Part shown: in pieces, positions 18,177 through 29,648 of the stretch | Layout of the letters: each line of letters begins with the position of its first letter | Position numbering within the stretch: the first letter of the stretch is position 1 | NCBI GenBank assembly: GCA_041739995.1 | Contig: JBGSMV010000042.1 | Coordinates: forward strand, 46,046-110,045 | Reading direction: 5' to 3' | DNA from: Bdellovibrionota bacterium | GTDB taxonomy: Bacteria; Bdellovibrionota_C; UBA2361; JBGSMV01 | DNA length: 64,000 nt | Position numbers and translations under genes: made by a program | The notes under the pieces: generated by a model | Databases searched by the model: none | What the model was told of the DNA's origin: nothing | Seen by the model: only the letters and a program-made list of their open reading frames with translations

Positions 18177-19394
18177 ATGCCTAAGAAAGTAGTGTTAGCA
18201 TACAGCGGCGGTTTAGATACTTCATTTTGTATTCCCTATCTGAAGGAAGGTGGTTTCGAGGTGACTACCGTAACTGCGGATACGGGAGGATTTTCAGACT
18301 CAGAGCTGAAGACCATTTCGCAGCGATCAAAGGAGCTCGGCGCAACCCAGCATATTACTGTGGATTTGAAGGAGCAGGTGTATCAACGCTTTGTCTCCTA
18401 CGTCATTAAAGGCAATGTGCTGAGAGGGCAAGCGTACCCACTGTGTGTGGGAGCAGAGCGCGGCATCCAAGCCGAGGCTCTTGTAAGAGTGGCTCAGGAA
18501 GTGGGCGCACAGGCCGTGGCGCATGGCTGCACCGGAGCGGGAAACGACCAGGTGCGCTTTGATATTTCTATCAAGAGTCTTGCGGGAAATTTGCAGATTA
18601 TTGCGCCCATTCGTGAACTGGATTTGAGTCGAGAAGAAGAGGTGCGGCGCCTTGCCGAGTGGGGCTTCGATTTTCCAAGCGTAAAAAAGAAGTATTCAGT
18701 AAACCAGGGCATCTTGGGCACGACTATCGGTGGCGGTGAAACGCATGATTCCTGGATGAAGATTCCAGAAGAAGCCTGGGTCATCACCAAGTCACCTGAG
18801 GCTTCCGGAGCTAAACCAGCAGAAATCACCATTAAGTGGGAAGCGGGAATGCCTGTTGAGCTAGACGGCGTCACCTTTTCGAATAAGGATAGCAACAGTC
18901 ATGAGCTCCTTGTGCGCCTGAATGAGCGTGGCGGAGCGCTTGGCGTTGGACGAGGTATTCACATCGGAGACACAGTGCTTGGAATCAAGGGCAGAATAGC
19001 CTTTGAAGCTCCGGGTGCCATGATCTTGATCGCAGCTCACCGTGAGCTTGAGAAGCTTGTGCTCACGAAGTGGCAAATGCAGGTCAAAGACCAGGCGGCC
19101 AGTACATACGGCATGCTGTTGCATGAGGGGCAGTATTTTAATCCTGTAATGCGCGACCTCGAAGCTTTGATGGACTCGAGTCAGAGCATGGTGTCGGGCG
19201 AAACGTTAGTGCGATTGGAACACGGTCAAGTCTCAGTGGTTGGAGTTCGAAGCCGGCATTCTCTGATGGACGCTCGCGCTACCTACGGCGAAGGAGCAAA
19301 GCTCTGGACCGGCGCTCAAGCTGAAGGCTTCTGTCTCATTTCTGGAGTTCAGAGCATGTTGGCTGGGGGACGCAGTACGACTGCGAGGAGCTAA
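18177..19394 (+). CDS. argG: Argininosuccinate synthase
   Basis: VLAYSGGLDTS, HGCTGAGNDQVRF, GIKGRIAFEAP. Confidence 0.97.
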   Translation: MPKKVVLAYSGGLDTSFCIPYLKEGGFEVTTVTADTGGFSDSELKTISQRSKELGATQHITVDLKEQVYQRFVSYVIKGNVLRGQAYPLCVGAERGIQAEALVRVAQEVGAQAVAHGCTGAGNDQVRFDISIKSLAGNLQIIAPIRELDLSREEEVRRLAEWGFDFPSVKKKYSVNQGILGTTIGGGETHDSWMKIPEEAWVITKSPEASGAKPAEITIKWEAGMPVELDGVTFSNKDSNSHELLVRLNERGGALGVGRGIHIGDTVLGIKGRIAFEAPGAMILIAAHRELEKLVLTKWQMQVKDQAASTYGMLLHEGQYFNPVMRDLEALMDSSQSMVSGETLVRLEHGQVSVVGVRSRHSLMDARATYGEGAKLWTGAQAEGFCLISGVQSMLAGGRSTTARS

Positions 19395-19696
19395 GCTTTT
19401 CGCAAATTAGCGCTAATTTTGGAGTCCACGGAGGCGGGGGCCACTTAATGTGGGTGCACCTCGCGGCTGTGCAACCCAAACCCGGTTCGACCGCACGCGG
19501 CGTAGTGCGCCATCTCCAGGCCTCAAGTGGAGCAATTTGCGGCCCCAAAGTCTTTCGAGTCCTCGCACATCAGGTTAGAACCAGGAGGCTTCGCCTCTAT
19601 TGATGCGCTATCGGTGTGAGGGCAAGCGCTGAGCTTCCCCGTGTATTCGCGCTAGTCTCTGCAGACCATTCCAGTGACTTTCGAAATAGGACATAC

Positions 19697-20824
19697 ATGA
19701 ATCAATCTCCATCCTTTGTTTACCACTTTCGTAGGTCACGAATGCTGAGCGCATGTCTGGCAATAGCGTTTGGTCTCGTTGTCCCGACCGCGGTCGAGGC
19801 CCAAGCCGCAGCTGGACGTCCTATTCCAGTGCTTGTCACACGCGTAACCTTGCAGCCCTTAGTCGATCGCATAGAAGCTCTGGGAACCCTGCGATCCAAT
19901 GAGAGCGTGGACCTTACCGTCACAGTGACCAAGACGATTAGCGCCATTCACTTTGAGGACGGCCAGAGAGTTGAAAAAGGGATGTTGCTCGCAGAGATGA
20001 CCAGCACGGAGGAGAGCGCCCTCCTCAGGGAAGCTCGCGCAGAGGTGAAGGAGGCGCAAATCCAATACGACCGACTTACACCCTTAATTGAGCGCGGAGC
20101 GGTGCCAACCAGTACCGTTGACGAACGCAAGCGCAATCTCTCAACCGCTCAAGCACGAGTGCAAGCTATCCAGTCGCGCCTTCAGGATCTTCTTATTGAG
20201 GCACCGTTTGACGGTGTGGTGGGCCTTCGAGGCATCAGTAGAGGTGCGCTGGTTACTCCAGGAGCACTGGTTGCCACGATTGATGACGATTCGATAATGA
20301 AATTAGATTTCTCGGTTCCGAGCACATTCTTACCGGTATTGAAATCAGGTTTGAAGGTGCGTGCGCGGGCTCGTGCATTTCGAGACGAAGTATTTGAGGG
20401 AGAAGTAAGCAGCGTTGATACTCGAGTCGACCCGGTAACCCGCGCAGTAGCTATTCGTGCGCTCATTCCAAATCCAACGCGACGACTCAAGCCCGGACTT
20501 CTTATGACGGTCGAACTTATGAAAGACCCTAGAGAATCACCAGTGGTACCAGAGGAGGCCATCATCTCAGTGGGGAGAGAGCATTCGGTATACGTTGCCA
20601 TTTCTCCCGACCAGGGCGCCCCAACAGCGTTACGAAGGGTAGTGCAAATTGGTGCTCGAGAGCCGGGACGAGTGGAGATTACCGAAGGCGTTACCCCAGG
20701 AGAGCTAGTAATTATTCATGGCACGATGATGTTAAGTCCGGGGGCCCCGGTAAAAATCCTCAAGGAGCTAGCCGCAGAAGATTCTATCAAAGATGTTCTT
20801 CGTAACCTCACGCAGGAGCAATAG
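19697..20824 (+). CDS. RND efflux membrane-fusion (periplasmic adaptor) protein
   Basis: F.DGQ.V.KG lipoyl-like motif, IEAPFDGVVG, VDPVTR, LKPG; start uncertain. Confidence 0.92.
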   Translation: MNQSPSFVYHFRRSRMLSACLAIAFGLVVPTAVEAQAAAGRPIPVLVTRVTLQPLVDRIEALGTLRSNESVDLTVTVTKTISAIHFEDGQRVEKGMLLAEMTSTEESALLREARAEVKEAQIQYDRLTPLIERGAVPTSTVDERKRNLSTAQARVQAIQSRLQDLLIEAPFDGVVGLRGISRGALVTPGALVATIDDDSIMKLDFSVPSTFLPVLKSGLKVRARARAFRDEVFEGEVSSVDTRVDPVTRAVAIRALIPNPTRRLKPGLLMTVELMKDPRESPVVPEEAIISVGREHSVYVAISPDQGAPTALRRVVQIGAREPGRVEITEGVTPGELVIIHGTMMLSPGAPVKILKELAAEDSIKDVLRNLTQEQ

Positions 20825-20826
20825 GC

Positions 20827-23800
20827 ATGAGGCTCTCGGACGTCTCAATAACTCGCCCAGTTTTTGCCTCGGTCATTTCTCTGATCCTGCTTGCTTTCGG
20901 CATGGTCAGTTTCTCCCGTCTTCCTCTACGCGAGTATCCAGACATTGACCCGCCGATTGTTACCGTAGAGACGAGTTATCGTGGAGCATCCGCTGCAGTA
21001 GTAGAGACACGAATCACCGAACTTATAGAAGATCGCATCTCAGGCATTGAAGGCATTCGCTACATTCAATCTTCAAGCCAAGATGGTCGTTCTCAGGTCA
21101 CCGTTGAGTTTAACGTCGAGCGAGATATTGATGCGGCAGCAAATGATATTCGTGACCGCGTATTTAGTATCTTGGATGATTTGCCCCCCGAGGCTGATCC
21201 GCCAGAGATTCAGAAAGTGGACGCCAATGAGGATGTGATTATTTGGCTGAATCTTGCCAGTGATCGCCTTTCTGTCCCCGAGCTTACCGATTACGCTGAG
21301 CGTTACCTACTTGATCGATTTTCTGTGCTTGATGGTGTGGCACGCGTTCGCATTGGGGGAGAGCAGCGCTATGCCATGCGAGTTTGGCTTGACCGCATAG
21401 AACTCGCTGCTCGTAACCTCACTACCGAGGATATCGAGAATGCGCTTCGCAGAGAAAATGTCGAGCTTCCCGCAGGAAATATTGAATCGCTTCAAAAGCA
21501 GTTCACGGTGCGAGTCGATCGCCCTTTTGAGGATGCTTCACATTTTCAACGGATTGTAGTGAGCCGAGGGGGTGATGGCTACCTGGTGCGTCTCGGGGAT
21601 GTCGCCCGAGTAGAAAAAGGTACCGAAGAGGATCGGGTCATGTTTCGCGGCAATGGAATTCCCATGGTCGGCCTCGGGATCATTAAACAAAGCACCGCCA
21701 ATACGATTGAAGTTGCTCGGGGCGCTAAGGAAGAGATGCAGCGCCTGAATCCCCTTCTTCCGCAAGGAATGAGCCTGAATGAAAGTTACGATAGCTCCGT
21801 GTTTATTGAAGGGGCCATTAATGAGGTTTACCAGACGCTCTTCATTACTATTCTATTGGTAGTGGCGGTGATCTATCTTTTTTTGGGGAGCGTTCGAGCG
21901 ACCTTAGTGCCCGCGGTTACGGTGCCGGTATCAATCGTAGCGACGTTTATCGTGCTGTATGCGCTGGGCTTGTCTATTAACATGCTCACCCTGCTTGCAT
22001 TGGTGCTTGCTATTGGAATGCTCGTCGACGATGCAATCGTCGTGCTTGAGAACATCGTTCGCCGTATGCAGTTATATGGCGAAACTCCGCTTGTAGCTGC
22101 ATTTAAAGGCACCCGAGAAGTAGCGTTTGCGGTAGTCGCAACAACATTGGTGTTAGTAGCGGTATTCGCGCCAATCTCATTCCTCGAAGGTAATATTGGT
22201 AAGCTCTTCCTCGAGTTTGCGGTCACGATGTCGGCGGCAGTGTGTTTCTCGAGTCTCATTGCGCTCTCTCTTTCCCCTATGATCGCGTCAAAGATTCTTG
22301 GTCGCGGCCAGGGGACTCCAAGCAAAGTGACGCAGTTCATGGATCGCTTCTTCGCCAGGTTGCATGGCCAGTACAGGAAATTGCTCGCCGGTAGCCTGGA
22401 GCGGCCACGTCTGATTGCCGCTCTGTTTCTTGCCACACTCCCTTTGGTGGCAGGGCTATTTATGATTCTTCCCTCTGAGTACACTCCTAAGGAGGATCGT
22501 GGCGCATTCTTTGTTCAGGTGAACGGCCCCGAAGGAGCTTCCTATCAGTACATGGTTGATTACATGGACGAGATTGAGCGTCGTCTAATGCCACTTGTAG
22601 GTGACGGGGGGATTCAGAGACTTTTGGTGCGCGCGCCGCGAGGTTTTGGTGGGCAGATAGCGTTTAATACAGGACTTGTTATTTGCACTTTGCGTCCCTG
22701 GGGCGAGCGAGATTCCGCATGGGATCTGATGGGTCGAGTCACTAAGATGCTTGCCGATCTTCCAGGCGTGCGTGCATTTCCGGTAATGCGACAAGGCTTT
22801 GGAGGAGGAATCCAAAAGCCAGTACAGTTTGTTTTAGGGGGTGGCACGTATGAGCAGCTAGCCGAGTGGCGTGACACCATTGTGCAAAAAGTGAACGAAG
22901 CCAATCCTGGTTTTGTAGGCCTGGATTGGGATTACAAAGAGACAAAACCTCAGATTCGCGTCCAAATCCATTACGATCGCGCAGCTGATTTAGGCGTCAG
23001 CGTAGAAACAATCGGCAGAACCCTTGAAACCATGTTGGGGTCTAGGCGTGCTACCACCTACATCGAGGGTGGCGAAGAGTATGATGTGCTGATTGAAGGA
23101 GAACGCGACACGCAGAGAACCACTCGCAATGTTGAAAGCATTTACGTGCGCTCCGATCGTTCTGGTCGACTGATTCCACTCTCTAACTTGGTATCCATGG
23201 AAGAGATTGCTGATTCGAGTTCCCTCAATCGCTACAATCGGGTGCGATCGGTCACCCTAGAGGCCAATCTTTCTGATCAGCTCTCGCTTGGTAAGGCGCT
23301 TGCTCACCTAGAAAACCTCGTCGCAACTCATCTGCCCGAGGAGGTGGTCGTGGATTACAAGGGCCAATCGAAGGACTTTAAGTCGTTCGGAGGCTCGGTC
23401 TTATTCACCTTTGTCCTAGGGATTTTGGTAGTGTTCCTGGTACTTGCTGCCCAGTTCGAAAGTTATATCCACCCGCTTGTAATCATCCTCACCGTTCCGC
23501 TCGCCGTGTTGGGTGGGCTGATAGGATTGCTAGTGTCTGGAGGAAGTTTGAATCTTTTCACTCAAGTCGCGTTGATTATCTTGATAGGAATAGCGACGAA
23601 GAACGGAATTCTCATTGTAGAGTTCATAAACCAACTTCGGGAGCGTGGAACTGAGTTCATGCAAGCGATTCAGGAAGCGTCTGAAGTTCGATTCCGTCCG
23701 GTACTAATGACCGCGGTTACTACCGTTGCAGGAGCGGTTCCGCTGCTTCTTGCCAGTGGACCAGGGTCTGAAACCCGTTCCACCATTGGCTTTGTAGTAT

Positions 23801-23955
23801 TCTTTGGAGTTGGGGTTGCCACAATTTTTACCCTGCTCGTAGTACCCGTGGCGTACTCTATTCTCGCACGACAGACCGGTTCTCCCGGAGATGTCGCTCG
23901 TCGGCTTGAACACGAGCAATCAGCGGTGACTCAGCCAGCTCAGGCGAGTAGCTAG
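20827..23955 (+). CDS. RND efflux permease (AcrB/AcrD/AcrF family)
   Basis: LPLREYPDID, LAIGMLVDDAIVVLENI, KNGILIVEF, RFRPVLMT. Confidence 0.96.
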   Translation: MRLSDVSITRPVFASVISLILLAFGMVSFSRLPLREYPDIDPPIVTVETSYRGASAAVVETRITELIEDRISGIEGIRYIQSSSQDGRSQVTVEFNVERDIDAAANDIRDRVFSILDDLPPEADPPEIQKVDANEDVIIWLNLASDRLSVPELTDYAERYLLDRFSVLDGVARVRIGGEQRYAMRVWLDRIELAARNLTTEDIENALRRENVELPAGNIESLQKQFTVRVDRPFEDASHFQRIVVSRGGDGYLVRLGDVARVEKGTEEDRVMFRGNGIPMVGLGIIKQSTANTIEVARGAKEEMQRLNPLLPQGMSLNESYDSSVFIEGAINEVYQTLFITILLVVAVIYLFLGSVRATLVPAVTVPVSIVATFIVLYALGLSINMLTLLALVLAIGMLVDDAIVVLENIVRRMQLYGETPLVAAFKGTREVAFAVVATTLVLVAVFAPISFLEGNIGKLFLEFAVTMSAAVCFSSLIALSLSPMIASKILGRGQGTPSKVTQFMDRFFARLHGQYRKLLAGSLERPRLIAALFLATLPLVAGLFMILPSEYTPKEDRGAFFVQVNGPEGASYQYMVDYMDEIERRLMPLVGDGGIQRLLVRAPRGFGGQIAFNTGLVICTLRPWGERDSAWDLMGRVTKMLADLPGVRAFPVMRQGFGGGIQKPVQFVLGGGTYEQLAEWRDTIVQKVNEANPGFVGLDWDYKETKPQIRVQIHYDRAADLGVSVETIGRTLETMLGSRRATTYIEGGEEYDVLIEGERDTQRTTRNVESIYVRSDRSGRLIPLSNLVSMEEIADSSSLNRYNRVRSVTLEANLSDQLSLGKALAHLENLVATHLPEEVVVDYKGQSKDFKSFGGSVLFTFVLGILVVFLVLAAQFESYIHPLVIILTVPLAVLGGLIGLLVSGGSLNLFTQVALIILIGIATKNGILIVEFINQLRERGTEFMQAIQEASEVRFRPVLMTAVTTVAGAVPLLLASGPGSETRSTIGFVVFFGVGVATIFTLLVVPVAYSILARQTGSPGDVARRLEHEQSAVTQPAQASS

Positions 23956-24253
23956 TTCCTCCCTAGCCTGCGGTTAGGGGTGACTTGAGTTGCCCTTTTC
24001 ACAATGAAGGCAAAAGCTATGGAAGGAGCTTCGAATGAAGGCCTTTGTCTAAATTCGGAACTCCAGGGCGTGCTTGTAAGGGGCAGAGTACGGTGGCGAC
24101 GGGCTAAACTTCCCCTAAATTAATACGTTTTTCTTATAAATTCAGCGCTATTTGGTGATTCGGAGCTGCCGAACCTTGGTGTTCCAGGCCTCAATCGTGT
24201 AAAACACCGCCCTTAACATTTACTTAAACTTTACCTAGGTTTGGCCCTTAGTC

Positions 24254-26068
24254 ATGGTTGCCCTCGAGAAGAACACGCGCATTCGAAATGTTGCTATCAT
24301 CGCACACGTTGATCACGGCAAGACTACACTTGTTGACCATCTCCTCCGCCAAAGCGGCATGTTTAGAGAAGGGCAGGAGATGAGCGATCGGCTGATGGAC
24401 AACATGGACCTTGAGCGTGAGCGTGGGATCACCATCGCCGCCAAGAACTGCGCGGCCCGTTACAAGGATGTTAAGATAAACATCCTCGATACTCCGGGCC
24501 ACTCGGACTTCGGTGGAGAAGTCGAGCGCGCACTGAGCATGGTCGATGGTGCCATTCTGTTGGTAGATTCCAGCGAAGGGCCACTTCCGCAAACTCGCTT
24601 TGTATTGAAGAAGGCGCTTGAAGCTAACCTTGGCCTCGTAGTGGTCGTGAACAAAATCGACCGTAAGGATGCCCGCCCTGCCGAAGTCCTTAATTTTGTC
24701 TACGATTTGTTGATTGACCTTGATGCTGATGAAGACCAGCTTGATGTCCCGGTGGTTTACGCAGTGGGTCGAGAGGGTAGAGCGCAACCCTCGTTAGAAG
24801 ACGAGCGTAGCGATCTATCGTATCTGTTTGAAACTATTGTCGCGAAGATTCCGCCCCCTGAGCATGACCCCGCTGAGCCATTTCAAATGCTGGTGGCAAA
24901 CTTAGGGTACTCTGAGTACCTGGGTCGACTTGCTATCGGGCGAGTGTTTCATGGCAACGTTCGAAAGAATGATAACTTGGTCTGTATCGGACGTGACGGG
25001 CAGCCGCGACCATTGAAAGTCTCCAAGCTGCAAGTATACGAGGGAGCTTCGTTTCAGGACGTCGACTCAGCAGAGGCAGGCGATATCGTGATCCTTTCTG
25101 GTATCGAGGATGTCGAAATCGGCGACACCATTTGTACTAAGGAACAACCCAAAGCGCTAAAGCGCATTACCGTTGACGAACCAACCATCTCGATGAAGTT
25201 CAGCATCAATTCGTCGCCTTTTGCCGGGCGTGACGGAAAGGTCATTCAAGCCAAGCGCCTGTATGAGCGACTGTATAGAGAGACCCTTAATAATGTGGCT
25301 CTGCGCGTAGAAGGCTCCGCTCAGAGCGAAAGCTTCGTCGTGAAAGGGCGTGGCGAGTTCCAGATGGCGATTCTGATTGAGCAGATTCGTCGCGAAGGCT
25401 GGGAAGTCGCGGTCGGTCGCCCACAGATCATTTTTAAGGAGATTGACGGCGTTCAGCAGGAGCCAATTGAGCATCTGTTCGTGGACTGCGAAGAGCGCTT
25501 TCTTGGAATCGTCACCGAAAAGCTTGCCCAGAGAAAGGGCAAGATGACTAACTTGGTCAATCACGGCACCGGTCGAGTAAGAGTTGAGTATTCAGTTCCT
25601 TCACGCGGATTGATAGGGTACCGCTCAGAGTTTCTTACTGATACTCGCGGCACTGGGCTGATGAATTCGTATCTGACTGGCTACGAGCCGTATCGCGGCG
25701 ACTTCGCAAGTCGACTTACGGGCTCCCTAGTTGCGGACCGTCAAGGAGAAGCGACCGCATATGCTATTTTCGGGCTTGAGCCACGTGGCTATATGTTTGT
25801 GGTTCCCGGAGACCCTGTATACGAAGGCATGATTATCGGTGAGCATAGTCGTGAAAACGATCTGAACGTGAACATCTGTCGTGAGAAGAAGCTCACCAAT
25901 ATTCGTGCAGCCGGCAGGGATGAGAATATTATTCTGACCCCAGTGACGCCAATGACGCTCGAGCGCGCTATTGAACTCATTAGAGACGATGAAATGGTGG
26001 AAGTTACTCCAGCGTCAATTCGCATTCGTAAAATCGTTCTTACCGCCAACAAGAGAGGCGGAGTGTAA
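24254..26068 (+). CDS. typA: Translational GTPase TypA/BipA
   Basis: [37 protein letters not shown]-terminal VEVTP..IRIRK. Confidence 0.98.
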   Translation: MVALEKNTRIRNVAIIAHVDHGKTTLVDHLLRQSGMFREGQEMSDRLMDNMDLERERGITIAAKNCAARYKDVKINILDTPGHSDFGGEVERALSMVDGAILLVDSSEGPLPQTRFVLKKALEANLGLVVVVNKIDRKDARPAEVLNFVYDLLIDLDADEDQLDVPVVYAVGREGRAQPSLEDERSDLSYLFETIVAKIPPPEHDPAEPFQMLVANLGYSEYLGRLAIGRVFHGNVRKNDNLVCIGRDGQPRPLKVSKLQVYEGASFQDVDSAEAGDIVILSGIEDVEIGDTICTKEQPKALKRITVDEPTISMKFSINSSPFAGRDGKVIQAKRLYERLYRETLNNVALRVEGSAQSESFVVKGRGEFQMAILIEQIRREGWEVAVGRPQIIFKEIDGVQQEPIEHLFVDCEERFLGIVTEKLAQRKGKMTNLVNHGTGRVRVEYSVPSRGLIGYRSEFLTDTRGTGLMNSYLTGYEPYRGDFASRLTGSLVADRQGEATAYAIFGLEPRGYMFVVPGDPVYEGMIIGEHSRENDLNVNICREKKLTNIRAAGRDENIILTPVTPMTLERAIELIRDDEMVEVTPASIRIRKIVLTANKRGGV

Positions 26069-26090
26069 GTGAGGTCTGGGCGCTCTGACT

Positions 26091-27479
26091 ATGGTGAGCG
26101 AAGCGGTTACATCTTTAGTTGTCTCTGATACGCAGCGAGCGTTGGATCTAGAGATGGTTCCTTTCGACTTGCAGGCTACGTCTGCCCACGTCGAAATGCT
26201 TGGTACAGTCGGGATCGTTAGCCCTGATGTCTCCCAGAAGATTCTTGCGGCACTTACCGATATTCGTGCCACTTACGAGCGCGGAGAGTTTTCCATTGAT
26301 CCTGCGCTTGGTGCCCAGCTTACCCTTGAAAAGGAGGTCATCAGCCGCGTCGGGCAGGACGTTGGTCTCGCAATGCATACTGGGCGCAGCAGAAACGATC
26401 AGGTGATGGTAACGGAGATGCTGTATCTTCGCTCCAAAAGTAGCCAGATTATAGAGAAGCTAAACCAGGTGGTACAGGCGCTCTATGGGCGCGCTGGTGC
26501 AGGAATCAATGTTCCTATGCCGGGGTATACTCACATGCAGCCTGGCAAGCCGACGGCGCTCAGTCATTGGTACCTTGCACATGGGGACTGCCTTATGCGC
26601 GGAAGGGTAATGCTCGAGCAAGTGCTCGAGCAGTTCAACCAGTGCCCACTTGGATCAGTGGAGTCTTTCGGCACCACCTGGCCGCTTGATCGCTTGTATG
26701 TGGCGCGGCGCTTAGGGTTCGCCCGGGTGTGGGAAGTGCCGCAGGACGCTATTTCTAACAGAGGGATTTTCCAACTCGCACTTTTAGGGGCCCTCAATCA
26801 GGTAGCCATTGGGATTGGAAGAATGGCGGCTGACCTGATGCTGTACACCACACATGAATTTCAAATGGTGGAGCTTGGGGATGAAGTAGCGCAGCGCCTA
26901 CATCCCATTACTGGTAGTTCGGTAATGGCGCAAAAGCGTAATCCCGATGCCTTAGAGCTTTTGCGTGGAAGTGCTGCTCAGTTTGGTGGTCTCTACGCCA
27001 CCGTCAGTTCACTCCTTTGTGGATTGCCGACCGGATACAACCGTGACTCCCGAGAGGTCAAAGAGTACGCGGCAACCGCATTTCGTAAGATGAATGAGAT
27101 GCTGCTTTCATTGGAGCAAGTGGTAGTCACCAGCACATTTGATGCGAAGCGCATGAGTGAAATGGTGGACGATAACTATTCGCTTACCACGGACCTTGCC
27201 GATCAACTGGCGCAAACTACCGGCATTCCATACCGCCGCATGTACAAAATTGTGGGCGTTGCGGTGGATGAGTTGATGCGCACCCGTCAGCCACTGCCGA
27301 AGCTTACGGCTGCTATGTTGAAGCGCTCTGCGGATGCGTTGAGCATTAAACTTGAAGTTGATGATGCGCTGATATCTCGCCTTCTCGACGCGCGCCATGC
27401 CCTTGAACGAAGGGCGCATATTGGCGGCACCGCTAAGCGCAGAGTCGAAGCTATGTTATTGCGACGCCGCTCACTTTAA
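26091..27479 (+). CDS. argH: Argininosuccinate lyase
   Basis: HTGRSRNDQV, MPGYTHMQ, GSSVMAQKRNPDALE, GYNRD. Confidence 0.9.
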   Translation: MVSEAVTSLVVSDTQRALDLEMVPFDLQATSAHVEMLGTVGIVSPDVSQKILAALTDIRATYERGEFSIDPALGAQLTLEKEVISRVGQDVGLAMHTGRSRNDQVMVTEMLYLRSKSSQIIEKLNQVVQALYGRAGAGINVPMPGYTHMQPGKPTALSHWYLAHGDCLMRGRVMLEQVLEQFNQCPLGSVESFGTTWPLDRLYVARRLGFARVWEVPQDAISNRGIFQLALLGALNQVAIGIGRMAADLMLYTTHEFQMVELGDEVAQRLHPITGSSVMAQKRNPDALELLRGSAAQFGGLYATVSSLLCGLPTGYNRDSREVKEYAATAFRKMNEMLLSLEQVVVTSTFDAKRMSEMVDDNYSLTTDLADQLAQTTGIPYRRMYKIVGVAVDELMRTRQPLPKLTAAMLKRSADALSIKLEVDDALISRLLDARHALERRAHIGGTAKRRVEAMLLRRRSL

Positions 27480-28237
27480 AGTTCGTAAGCAATCTTTCCG
27501 GCGGTGAGTATCGCCATAAGAATATAGAGCCACTTTACAAAAGAGTTACCCTTGGAGATGGCAGTGTGTGCCCCAATGTATCCTCCAAGAATGTTGGCGG
27601 CCGCCATTGGAATTCCTAAGTCGTAGCGAATGTTTCCTTGCGTCAAAAAGTAGAGCAAGGAAACTACGTTGCTTGTTAAATTCAGAATCTTGGTATTTCC
27701 TGAAGCGCGTAAGAAGTCCAGCTTAAAACTGTGGATGAATAGAAAGGTGAGGAAGATGCCAGTTCCGGGGCCAAAGAATCCGTCATAGGCGGCCAGCGCG
27801 AACGCGCCAGCACGCAAAATAGTAATGGATCGCTTGGTGAGACCTGCGTAGCTACTTTCAGCCCCAAGATTTGGACGAAAGAAGCAGTAGAGGGCTACGG
27901 CGATGATAAGAACCGAGACGACTGGCCGAAGAAACTCATTGGGGAGGCACACGATCAGCATGGCCCCCGCAAGAGCACCTACGACGGACCAAGGCAGCGC
28001 GGCTCTTACAATTTCCGACGAGACTTTTCCTTTTTTAAAGTAAGTCCATGAAGCGACGGAAGTGCCCAAAGTAGAGACGAGCTTGTTGGTGCCAACAATA
28101 TCCGCTACCGGAAGGCCTAAAAAGAGAAAGGCAGGGAAAACTATGACTCCGCCTCCACCGGCGACGGCGTCGACGAATCCAGCAGCAAATGCAGCAACCA
28201 TGAGAATTGAAAGTTCTGCGAAATCCATGCGAGCCAA
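27476..28237 (-). CDS. TSUP (TauE/SafE, YfcA-like) transporter
   Basis: AGFVDAVAGGGG, GTNK, YDGFFGPGTG. Confidence 0.92.
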   Translation of the reverse strand: MARMDFAELSILMVAAFAAGFVDAVAGGGGVIVFPAFLFLGLPVADIVGTNKLVSTLGTSVASWTYFKKGKVSSEIVRAALPWSVVGALAGAMLIVCLPNEFLRPVVSVLIIAVALYCFFRPNLGAESSYAGLTKRSITILRAGAFALAAYDGFFGPGTGIFLTFLFIHSFKLDFLRASGNTKILNLTSNVVSLLYFLTQGNIRYDLGIPMAAANILGGYIGAHTAISKGNSFVKWLYILMAILTAGKIAYEL

Positions 28238-28625
28238 GACTTGCAGGGAAACAAACCAGCGCCAAGTAACTTCTATTTATGTTTGACGATCAGGGTCGGC
28301 GGGGATTGGTTTCTGTATCGAATTGAAATACGTGAGTCTAAGTGGCTCAACATGTCGGCCAGAAATTTAGGATTTGGATGATGGCAGGGCCTAGTCAGCG
28401 AGAAATTGGGCGGTTGGAGCGCGGAGATATGAACAATTCCTTGGTGGGGGCAGAACCTCGATAGGTACTTCTGGAGATAACGCGGGGTTGAGGGTGCCAG
28501 CCGGACCGACCAAAAACGTTTTAATTCAATAGGTTAATGCCCTGAAGCAACTCCGTCCGAACGGGCGACTAGTGGTTGTACCTAGCGCAGCTGTTTTTTG
28601 ACAGCTCTATGCGGAGGGTCATTAG

Positions 28626-29588
28626 GTGCCCATCCGCCAGATTAAGGGAAATGTAGTGAACCGGCAGTTCTTTGAAAATTTACTTCCCGGCACCGTCCTC
28701 TTTGGAAGGTTCGAGTTGATGCGCTGCTTATGTGCGAGCGATGTGGGTGCGGTGTACCTTTGTTCGTCTAAAATCGACGGTCAGCAAGTCGCCCTAAAAG
28801 TGATCGCTCACGGGGCACTTCGTGAACAAGAACAATCAGCGCAGTTTCGGCGCGAAGTCGATTTAAGCCTTTCTCTAAAACATCCTCATGTAGTTCAGGC
28901 CTTTGATTTTTTCTGGGATGAATCTTTCATCGCGTTCTCCATGGAATTTGTACCGGGCGGAACGCTCGCGGATCTTGTTGGTGGGGGAAAACGATTGCCG
29001 CTTGGGCGCGCCCTAAAGATGCTTTCGCAGATCACATCCGGACTCTCCGCTATTCATGAAAAGCACATCGTACACCGAGATCTCAAGCCAGAGAATATTC
29101 TGATAGATGCAGAAGGCAACGCCAAGATAACCGACTTTGGTATTGCCGCCGCACAGAGCACAAGTGTGCTGTCTGGCGCTGATCAACTCTCAGGAACGGT
29201 AAATTATCTAAGCCCCGAATACGTGGCACATGGAATCTTTGACGAGCGCTCTGATATTTATGCGCTTGGCGTTGTAGCCTATGAACTATTGACAGGCAGA
29301 GCTCCTTTTGTGGGAGATAGCTTGATTGACACCTTGGTGCGTCGAGTACAGTTCGACCCCAAATCTCCTCGGGACATTTGTCCTGAAATTCCACGTGCAC
29401 TAAGTGATCTTACTCTGAAAGCAATGCATCGTTTACCGGAGCGGCGCTACCAGAGCACAAGTGAGCTCCACGGACACTTGGAGCTCATTCGTGTGCTTGG
29501 CGACGCGGTGCTTGAGCCACGCGAGTTCCAGCCACAAATTGCCTCAGGCTCTGCGCCACAAAGAACCGCAGCGCGCCAAGCCGCGTAG
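28626..29588 (+). CDS. Stand-alone Hanks-type Ser/Thr protein kinase
   Basis: VALK, HRDLKPEN, DFG, GTVNYLSPE, SDIYALG. Confidence 0.92.
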   Translation: MPIRQIKGNVVNRQFFENLLPGTVLFGRFELMRCLCASDVGAVYLCSSKIDGQQVALKVIAHGALREQEQSAQFRREVDLSLSLKHPHVVQAFDFFWDESFIAFSMEFVPGGTLADLVGGGKRLPLGRALKMLSQITSGLSAIHEKHIVHRDLKPENILIDAEGNAKITDFGIAAAQSTSVLSGADQLSGTVNYLSPEYVAHGIFDERSDIYALGVVAYELLTGRAPFVGDSLIDTLVRRVQFDPKSPRDICPEIPRALSDLTLKAMHRLPERRYQSTSELHGHLELIRVLGDAVLEPREFQPQIASGSAPQRTAARQAA

Positions 29589-29648
29589 TCCTCCGTTAAT
29601 CCGTTCGATTTCCCGATGTCGCTAAAGAGGCCGGGCCTCTACCCCTCT

